Source: Clostridia bacterium
Lineage (GTDB): Bacteria; Bacillota; Clostridia; UMGS1883; UMGS1540
Length of the DNA stretch: 64,000 nucleotides
Assembly (NCBI GenBank): GCA_045533905.1
Contig: JAZSIR010000006.1
Location: 1 to 64,000 of the forward strand
Direction of reading: 5' to 3'
The notes below the pieces were generated by a model. It did no database searches, had not been told where the DNA came from, and saw only the letters and a list, made by a program, of their open reading frames with translations. A program made the translations under genes and the position numbers. Shown here piece by piece: positions 8,193-15,191 of this stretch (position 1 is the first letter of the stretch; every line of letters begins with the position of its first letter).

Positions 8193-9809
8193 CTACAAAA
8201 CGGTGTATACACGGTTCACCCGGTATACGTGCCGTTTTATTGTGCCATCTGCGGAAAGACGGAAGGTGCTGACTGCCCCGTCTGCAGCGGATACGGCTAC
8301 CTGCGGCATCTCGGAAACCACGGTCGCAATGCTGCCGGTTCCCTCTTTATAGACCTCGCCACTATCGCCGGTGCCGCAGCGAAGGCAAGTGCCGCTGCCG
8401 TCCGTTTTGCGGGTTAACAGGTGCACACGGCCGTCTTTATCTGCCGCAAGCCCCAAAAAACGCTCTGTCTGTCCGCCGCCGGCGAAAAGAACTCTTTTAT
8501 ATACGCCGCTTTCCGTGCGGTAGCGGTACACCTGCGCGAACTCGTGGAACACATACATATCCTCGCCTTCCACCGCAATGCCCTGCGCCACGTGCCCTTC
8601 GCTCTTTGTCGTGGGAAGAGGGCGATACCTCCCTGTGATTTCACCTTCGGGCGAAAGGCGAAGGACCGCGTGTGCCGCCTCGCTGCTTTCCACGGGCGCA
8701 ATGTAGATGTTGCCGCCTTCGTCGGTGGCGGCCACGGGGAAGCGTCTGTCATACACCGTGCCCGCATAGCTTGCCGCGTAACTTGTAAGGGGCTCGGAAT
8801 CGATGGAAAAACTCCAGTCGATCGGCGGGTCCATATACCCCGTGTCCTTATAGGCATCCACGTACATTCTGTCGTGCGAAGCGGAAAAATACACCGCCGT
8901 AAAAATGGAGCGGCCGCCTTCGTCGGTGCCGGGCGTTTCTGCCCAGCGCTTATAGAAAATGTGGCGAAGGTCAATCCCGTCGCTCTTTGTAAGCGCTACC
9001 TGCCGGTACAGACTCGGGCTTCCGCTGCCGCCGAGCGTCGTCTCCCAGATCTCGAGCTTGCCGCCTTCAACGCGCCCGAAATACGCCTTACCGCCTGCTA
9101 TCGTGTGGCAGGTGGTGTTCTCGGGTGCGACCACAGTCTGAAAGCCTGCGCTTTCCGCTATTTTATACGCGAGCGTATAACGACCTGCTCGGTTTTCATA
9201 CGCGCACGCCGTCACATAGCCCGCCATATCGCCGCCGGCGCTTATAAACGCCGCGGCATCGGAAGCGATCGTCTCCTCACCGCCGTCGCGGTATTCTTTT
9301 CCCGCCTCCATAAGGCGAAGCGGCTCGGTTTTAAGAAGCATTGCACCGGTATCCACCGTGAGAGCCCCTTCTTCCGTCAGCTGAATCATCCCGAGCTTGT
9401 TTTTTTCCGCATCGGTGAAGCTGTTCTCTGAAAGGCCCATGCCTTCCTCTTTATCCACCTTCCCCGAAATTTTCGCGCGCACCGCCTCGGAAAGGTGTGC
9501 CTCGCCGACGGCGGCGGGGGTAATCGCCTCGCTACAAACGGCTTTTTTCGCAATTTTCTCTGCCGTGACAGATGCAGGCGCAAGCTTTTCCGCCGTCACG
9601 CTCCCCGCAGGGTGGTCGAGTACCGCCGCATGTTTGTGGGAACGGAAGTCAGCGTCCTTCGCCTGCAAATCATTCGTAACGCGGGAGAGACCTACGTCTT
9701 CCTTCGTTACGGCGTGCGGATTTTGCGTGTCCGCCATATGGTCCTGCATAGAAGGCATATTTTCAAGAAACTGCCGAACGCCTTCATTTAGTAATTCTGA
9801 AACACGCAT
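8193..9809 (-). CDS. tail/head fibre-like protein with C-terminal beta-rich domain
   Basis: NPHAVTKEDVGL, SVTAEKLA/SVTAEKIA repeats and KVDKEEGMGLSENSFTDAEKNKL fibre motifs. Confidence 0.7.
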   Translation of the reverse strand: MRVSELLNEGVRQFLENMPSMQDHMADTQNPHAVTKEDVGLSRVTNDLQAKDADFRSHKHAAVLDHPAGSVTAEKLAPASVTAEKIAKKAVCSEAITPAAVGEAHLSEAVRAKISGKVDKEEGMGLSENSFTDAEKNKLGMIQLTEEGALTVDTGAMLLKTEPLRLMEAGKEYRDGGEETIASDAAAFISAGGDMAGYVTACAYENRAGRYTLAYKIAESAGFQTVVAPENTTCHTIAGGKAYFGRVEGGKLEIWETTLGGSGSPSLYRQVALTKSDGIDLRHIFYKRWAETPGTDEGGRSIFTAVYFSASHDRMYVDAYKDTGYMDPPIDWSFSIDSEPLTSYAASYAGTVYDRRFPVAATDEGGNIYIAPVESSEAAHAVLRLSPEGEITGRYRPLPTTKSEGHVAQGIAVEGEDMYVFHEFAQVYRYRTESGVYKRVLFAGGGQTERFLGLAADKDGRVHLLTRKTDGSGTCLRCGTGDSGEVYKEGTGSIATVVSEMPQVAVSAADGAVSTFRLSADGTIKRHVYRVNRVYTVL

Positions 9810-9830
9810 GCGTCACTTCCTCCCTGTCTC

Positions 9831-10748
9831 TTAGTCGCGGCCTCTGGAGCCGACAAGGCCGCGCCAGTCTACAAAGCCGGTGGCAAAACGGCAATAGCCG
9901 TAGAAACGGTAATCCATTTTGTTTTCCATCTTTTCGTTGTCGAAAATCGGCTTTTCGCGCCAGAGGAACATAAGGTTGTCCATCGAGCTATCCTGCACAA
10001 ACCACGGTTTGAACGCTTCAAAATCCCCGCCGGTGTCTGCAAGATAATCCCAGACCACAAGGTCAAGGTGTGGCAGGGTGTTCTTGTCGTTATTGGCGGT
10101 GCCTGCCTGTAAGGTAGAGCCGAGGAGTGCGCGGGCGGTAAATTCCCAGTCAGGGTGCACTACAAGGCGGTCTGCATGGGCGGCAATGAGTACGCCTGCT
10201 TCATCCTTCTGCATACGCATCTTGGTAAGCGCTTCCTTAAGCGTTGCATCGGAAAGGCTGCCTTCGACCTCATTGTCACAAGATCCACCCTTCGCAAGAG
10301 TGTGGTTGCTAGAAAAAATGGCCGGGTAATCCATGCTTGTGCCAAGGCCTCTGAAAATAACCTGGGCCGCTTCTCTCTCTTCCGTGGCAGCGAGGCTTCG
10401 GCCGAGCTTTGTGGCACTGCCGCCACGGCCTGCGCCGCGCATTACGTTGTAAAGGTCGTCCTGCACAAGCTCCCAGGTCACTTCGTAGGCCTTGTCAAAA
10501 CGCTTTGCCGCGAGTGTTTTGGTATCTACCTGTACCATTTCATCGGTGCGGAATTCATTTCCTTCCAAGTTTTCTTCCCAAAGGCCGAAGCCGCCGAGAT
10601 GCGGGAAGGATTCTTCCTTTGCCTGCATGGTGTCTACCTTAAAAATCTTGGTATACTGCTTTTCCTTCGAATTATAGTTATCGAAGAACACCTTGCGGTG
10701 AATCGGGGTTAAAAGAGACGCAAAGTTATCTCTGTTCATTGTTGCCAT
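9831..10748 (-). CDS. major capsid protein (HK97-fold, Mu gpT-like)
   Basis: 305 aa; EVTWELVQDDLY, IFSSNH, DRLVVHP, RFATGFVDWRG motifs; follows the scaffold. Confidence 0.85.
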   Translation of the reverse strand: MATMNRDNFASLLTPIHRKVFFDNYNSKEKQYTKIFKVDTMQAKEESFPHLGGFGLWEENLEGNEFRTDEMVQVDTKTLAAKRFDKAYEVTWELVQDDLYNVMRGAGRGGSATKLGRSLAATEEREAAQVIFRGLGTSMDYPAIFSSNHTLAKGGSCDNEVEGSLSDATLKEALTKMRMQKDEAGVLIAAHADRLVVHPDWEFTARALLGSTLQAGTANNDKNTLPHLDLVVWDYLADTGGDFEAFKPWFVQDSSMDNLMFLWREKPIFDNEKMENKMDYRFYGYCRFATGFVDWRGLVGSRGRD

Positions 10749-10773
10749 ATTGTTTCTTCCTTTCTTTTATAGG

Positions 10774-11496
10774 TTACTGCGCGTATTTGAAGCGCGCATA
10801 TTCTGTGGGCGTAAGGCCTGCTCTTTTAGCTGCCCACTTTTCCGCCTCGGAAAGGCGCACCGAGCCGCTTTCTTCTCTCGCATCGCCGCCGGAAAGTGCA
10901 GGAATACGGCGTGCCTTCTTCTCCGAAAGCAGCACTTCCTCCGCCATTTGTTCTTTCATACGGCGGGCGCGTTCTTCCGCGAATAGGGCATTGTATGCTT
11001 CCTTTGCGGAAAGGCCTGTACGAAGGACGAGCATTTCAATCGCATCGCGATACGTGTCCACATCCTCGTAAAGCGGGTCCTTTCGCATTTCGGCATACGC
11101 CGCTTCACGCGCGGCGGTTCTTTCGGCTGCGCGGAGGGCGCGCACTTTTTCCTGCTGCGCTAAAAAGAGCGCGGCCGCCTCGCCGGAAAGACCGTGCACG
11201 CGCACAAGCTTTTCTTCCTCTGCGCGGTCAATCATTTCGGAAAGCGCAGCGAGGCTTTCTGCCCCCATATCGTCCATCAGCCGCTCGATAATCTTTCGCA
11301 TTTCGTCTTTTTCGGCATCGGGCGCGGGCGCCTTTTCCTTTTCTTTTTCCTCTTCTTTTGCGGCTTCTTCGGCCCCGGGCTCCTCAATCAGAAGAAGCAA
11401 TTCTTCCGCGGCCGCATTTCGTGCCAGCTGCGAAGCCGGCGAGAGGCCTACGCGGTTTTCTGTCTTTCCCGCGGACTTCTTTTTTGTTTTTGCCAT
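10774..11496 (-). CDS. capsid scaffolding protein
   Basis: Charged helical protein ending LSEAEKWAAKRAGLTPTEYARFK (helix-turn-helix capsid-binding tail), directly upstream of the capsid gene. Confidence 0.7.
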   Translation of the reverse strand: MAKTKKKSAGKTENRVGLSPASQLARNAAAEELLLLIEEPGAEEAAKEEEKEKEKAPAPDAEKDEMRKIIERLMDDMGAESLAALSEMIDRAEEEKLVRVHGLSGEAAALFLAQQEKVRALRAAERTAAREAAYAEMRKDPLYEDVDTYRDAIEMLVLRTGLSAKEAYNALFAEERARRMKEQMAEEVLLSEKKARRIPALSGGDAREESGSVRLSEAEKWAAKRAGLTPTEYARFKYAQ

Positions 11497-11522
11497 ACTA
11501 CGAGCTCCTTTCTAAAAACTCT

Positions 11523-11756
11523 TTACCTGTAAAGCTGTTTTTCCGCATATTCTCCCACCGTCACCGGCATCGGGCCGCGATGGCCGCAATACGGGCAATG
11601 GCCGATTTTATTCTCGGCCCAGCCGCGGTCACGAAGGGCCGCACGTTCGCAGCGGGTACAAACGGGGTTGTCCTTCAGTTTTTCAATGTCGATGCTCTGC
11701 AGATACGCGTGGCGGCGCATTCGCCTTGCCACGTGCTGCGGTAAATAAATCTGCAT
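11523..11756 (-). CDS. small zinc-ribbon protein
   Basis: CTRC...CPYCGH, own RBS, between portal and scaffold. Confidence 0.65.
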   Translation of the reverse strand: MQIYLPQHVARRMRRHAYLQSIDIEKLKDNPVCTRCERAALRDRGWAENKIGHCPYCGHRGPMPVTVGEYAEKQLYR

Positions 11757-11779
11757 ATCCCTCTCTCCTTTTTTCTTGC

Positions 11780-13405
11780 CTATCTTTTTACATTGTCATC
11801 CTTTGTAAGGCCTTCGGCTATGGCGCTTTCGACCTCGGTCCCCGCCGCGACGGGTGCCGCAGCAGGCGAAGTGCCGAGGGGAATTCCGAGATAGTCGCCT
11901 AAAAAGCTTCGTACTTCCTCAGCCGAAACCAGGCCCTTCGCGTACAAATCACTCATCATCTGATACGCCGCGGCGCGGTTTGCCGGCAGGCCTGCGCCCA
12001 CCGTTACCACAAGGTCAAACGCGGCCGATTTTGTACCGCCTTCTTTTTTCGGAATCGCAGAAAGCTCGCGGCCGGAGAAGAAAATGAATTCGTCACCACC
12101 GCCGGATACGCGGATGGCGATTTTCTCCGTCCAGTACGCTCTGACCATTTCGAGGCAATAGGCAAATACCTCAGAAAGTGTTTCCTGCAAAAGAAGCTTT
12201 TTGTGCTGGATGGACATCTGCCCACCCTGCTGCAACACCGTAGCCTCTGCCGCCGTGGTCACGCCGGCCTGCTTTGCACCTATCATCTGGTCGGAAAAAC
12301 GTGTGATGCGCTGACTCTCGTAGCGAAGTGCCGTGTCCCTTCTCTGTAAAATGTAAGAAGGAAGAGGCGGCGCTTCGAGGTTTCGGACGGCCGCAACACT
12401 CGTGGTGGGAATGTTAAGGCCTGCTTCGTTCGTCATCGCATCCAAATCGATACCGCTTCCCGTTTCGATAAGACGCTGGGGGTTGCCCGTGAGGCGGGCG
12501 TTGATCCGGATCTGGTCGTCCAGGTCGTTGATGAGGTCCTGCACAGGTATCAGAAGCTCTACATCGCCCTTGCCCCAGATGGACCCTTCGCGATAATAAA
12601 GGGGTGTGAAAAAATACGGATACCTTCCGCCCGGATAGAAATTCTCCTCGCCGCGCTCGAAGCTGTCGGATAAAATCAGGCCGCACCCTGTCATTTCCAC
12701 AAGACGGAGCTTTCCTTTCTCCTTCGTCCAAACGAGCATATGGAGATACGTGTCATCCCCGCCCTCGTCGCCTTCGAACTGCGGTCGGTACCCCGGCATA
12801 ATGGCATCTGCCACCGCATCGCCGTACATCTCGCGTGCCCAGTGCACAGTTTTGGTGAGCGTTTCGATAATGAAAGCCGCCTCTTCAATGCGGTAGACGT
12901 CCGTAATCCCGGGATCTACGAAAATCTGCCGCGGATTGCAGGCTTCAATGATGGGAAGCCCCGCCCCATCCAAGGCGTTCGGATCAAACGAAACGCGGAA
13001 GATGCCCGTGCCGTACTTTTCGCGGCGCCGCTCGTGCAAGTCGAGCTTTCGCACAAGGCGGTTTTTATCCTTGATGAACTCGAGCACCTTCTGCACATTC
13101 CGCGCAAAGGGCGCATCGTCGGGCGTGACGGGCATCGGCATAATTCCGATGCTCTGCTCAAGGAGAAGGGAAACCTGCCCCTCGATGTTGGCGTGCACGA
13201 TATTCGTCGAGCTTCCCGGGTCATTCTCCGTTTCCGGAAGGTTGACGTCCCCCTCCCAGTACGCTTCGTATAAAGCGAAGCGCTCGGGAAGCCCGCGCCG
13301 TTCCTTGTCCTGCCACGCGTCCATATAGTACTGCCTGTACTTCGCCGCCGTTTTCTGCGCTTCGTCGCGCATAAGCGCATTCCTCAGTTTCTTTTTGCTT
13401 TGCAT
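11780..13405 (-). CDS. phage portal protein (P22-like)
   Basis: 541 aa from ATG after GGAGGTG; TNIVHANIEGQV, KYGTGIFRV, IFVDP, WGKGDVELLIPVQDLIN, GVTTAAE motifs. Confidence 0.85.
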   Translation of the reverse strand: MQSKKKLRNALMRDEAQKTAAKYRQYYMDAWQDKERRGLPERFALYEAYWEGDVNLPETENDPGSSTNIVHANIEGQVSLLLEQSIGIMPMPVTPDDAPFARNVQKVLEFIKDKNRLVRKLDLHERRREKYGTGIFRVSFDPNALDGAGLPIIEACNPRQIFVDPGITDVYRIEEAAFIIETLTKTVHWAREMYGDAVADAIMPGYRPQFEGDEGGDDTYLHMLVWTKEKGKLRLVEMTGCGLILSDSFERGEENFYPGGRYPYFFTPLYYREGSIWGKGDVELLIPVQDLINDLDDQIRINARLTGNPQRLIETGSGIDLDAMTNEAGLNIPTTSVAAVRNLEAPPLPSYILQRRDTALRYESQRITRFSDQMIGAKQAGVTTAAEATVLQQGGQMSIQHKKLLLQETLSEVFAYCLEMVRAYWTEKIAIRVSGGGDEFIFFSGRELSAIPKKEGGTKSAAFDLVVTVGAGLPANRAAAYQMMSDLYAKGLVSAEEVRSFLGDYLGIPLGTSPAAAPVAAGTEVESAIAEGLTKDDNVKR

Positions 13406-13734
13406 TGTATCACCTCCTTCCCGCTTTCGCACGGTAAGTATACCGCAAGAAGAAGGCAAACACCACGGCATCTTTTTCGCACCGCACTGGGAGAAAAAAA
13501 GGCAACAAAAAAAGGCGCAATTTATGCAAGGTTATAATTGCCTACGCCAAGATATGTATTTTGATACGCTTCGGCTATGCTGCGCCTTTCTGCAGCTTCC
13601 GCCTATGGGGAGAAATACAACAAAAAAGGCTCCCTTATGTAAAGGGAGCTATCAACCGAAGCGAACCTCGGGGATATTTTAAAATTCTTATGTTAGATTT
13701 CTTTTCTCTCGGTGCACATGCACCCGAGATGCAC

Positions 13735-14079
13735 ATGGAGTAAAGGCGGGAAGCGCACAAACTACCCTTCCGCACTTTCCAAAACGGGCGCTTTTCGAAG
13801 CGTGCCGCCGATTCGAAGGAAGACGGCGCTCGTCGAGCGGCGGCTTGCCTGAGATAGTCGAGGAAGACTTTTCGAAGAAAAGGCTTGCCGAGCGGAAAGG
13901 CGGTAAAAGGCGGATGCCCTAAATGGGGCCCCCGAAAAGCCTTGGCTTTTTGGGGAAGAGGAGAAGCAAGGAAGCAAAGCGGAATATTTCGCCGATAAGG
14001 CGAAAATGGAGTGAGCGTACTTTGCTTCGACGAGAGCGCGCCCTGCGGGGGTCGTAGGGGTGCCGCATAGCACCCCTAC
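13735..14079 (+). repeat. dispersed structured element family R3 (with nested R2)
   Basis: Near-identical core GCGGCTTGCCTGAGATAGTCGAGGAAGACTTTTCGAAGAAAAGGCTTGCCGAGCGG also at 20888-21097 and 37777-38009; ends in the GTAGGGGTG..CACCCCTAC hairpin. Confidence 0.85.
13925..14032. repeat. ~108 bp element family R2
   Basis: GGGGCCCCCGAAAAGC..GCTTTTTGGGG...CGACG; copies at 29391, 39434 and 59512 (inverted). Confidence 0.85.
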
Positions 14080-14405
14080 AAAAAGAAACCTTTAACAAAA
14101 AACTTCCGTCTTTATATAGTCTGCACCGCTTTGCAAAAAGGCACAGCGATATAAATTTCTTCAAAATATATATCCCAACGGGTGCGATATGTCCGTTCAA
14201 CACGAGAAGGAAAACAGCAAAAGGCGAAAGCGGGCGCTTTTGCTATCGCGGAAAAAGATGCAAGAAGCGTAAAACTGCCGAAGGCAATACCACTCGGCAA
14301 AAGCCGAACCCCACTTGCCGGAAGGGCGAATATAGCTGCGAAGAATACCCCTCTGAAAAAGGAAAAGCCGCGAAAGGAAATCCCTTTCGCGGCGTACTCT
14401 TTTTC

Positions 14406-14873
14406 TTATTTCAGTTTCTTCGCCTGGATGCCGTAGTAGATGTATACGGCCACAAGGTAGATTGCCAGCACGATGTAAATGAGGGTAAAGCGCGAAGCCG
14501 TGGAGGCATCGGGCGCGATGTGCAGAAACGGAATCTTCGAAAGAATCGTTCTGAAAAGGCGGGTGACAGTACCGGCCAGAATCTCACGCATAAAGATGGC
14601 GATTGCGGCGCAGTAGGGCAGGAATTTCAGGAAGAACTTGTCCTTCTTCCAGAAGTAGAGCCCCAAGAATGCGGCCACGCCTGCTACTGCGAGCCAGCCG
14701 AGCACGGAAATGAATGTGCCTACCTGTGCGGCATAAATCGAAACGAACCAGTTATACAAAAAGAGCAAAAGCATTGCAGAAATGAGCGCCACGGATGTGT
14801 GGAACACAATCTTATTTTCAATCTGCGCGCGCATTTCCTTTGCGAGCTGTTTCTTCGGATTTTTCTGTTTCAT
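14406..14873 (-). CDS. hypothetical membrane protein (about 4 TM)
   Basis: AGGAGG RBS, TTGACT-17-TATAAT promoter (14905-14933), terminator hairpin at ~14365-14393. Confidence 0.8.
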   Translation of the reverse strand: MKQKNPKKQLAKEMRAQIENKIVFHTSVALISAMLLLFLYNWFVSIYAAQVGTFISVLGWLAVAGVAAFLGLYFWKKDKFFLKFLPYCAAIAIFMREILAGTVTRLFRTILSKIPFLHIAPDASTASRFTLIYIVLAIYLVAVYIYYGIQAKKLK

Positions 14874-15030
14874 GAGAGACCTCCTAAAAGTTTGTACATA
14901 TAGTATTATACAATTTTTAGGAGATAAAGTCAATCTTTTTACAAAAAATTCAAAAAGAACTTTAAGGTGCAACGTTCTTGGGGGATAGAAAAAGGATTGC
15001 CGGCGCTTTCCCCGCGGAAATAGGAACAAA

Positions 15031-15133
15031 GGATGAAGGACAGCAAAACGCCGCCCGCAGCTGTACTCTTTGTACTGCAAGTGGCGGCGTTTTGCTGTAG
15101 CAATTTTGCGGCCTTCGCCTTTTTTACATTTCC
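15031..15133 (-). repeat. short R1 element
   Basis: GGAAATGTAAAAAAGGCG start and AAAACGCCGCC...GGCGGCGTTTT stem. Confidence 0.6.
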
Positions 15134-15191
15134 GGGCATAACAAAAGTGGCCTCCCAATGGGAGACCACTTTTAATTTTAAGAAGTAACGA

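Larger units (their letters stand above)
4032..13405 (-). mobile_element. phage-derived (podovirus-like) particle gene cassette lacking terminase/integrase/replication genes; candidate domesticated GTA-like element
   Basis: Eleven co-oriented, closely spaced, uninterrupted ORFs with portal, scaffold, capsid, fibre, lysis and short-tail signatures; flanks contain only non-coding repeats and host genes. Confidence 0.8.

Noticed and set aside
4032-13405. Complete inducible prophage, or an encapsulin locus
   Set aside because: No integrase, repressor, replication or terminase gene and no att repeats noticed; portal, tail and lysis genes rule out a simple encapsulin
14041-14079. Group II intron domain V/VI remnant
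   Set aside because: Ends in CCCCTAC but no recognisable domain V (AGC triad stem with GNRA loop) and no RT gene
13762-14436. Short ORFs within repeat mosaics (also 20573-21224, 29260-29553, 37638-38003, 59482-59712)
   Set aside because: Their mutual similarity reflects the DNA repeats; frames and lengths are not conserved
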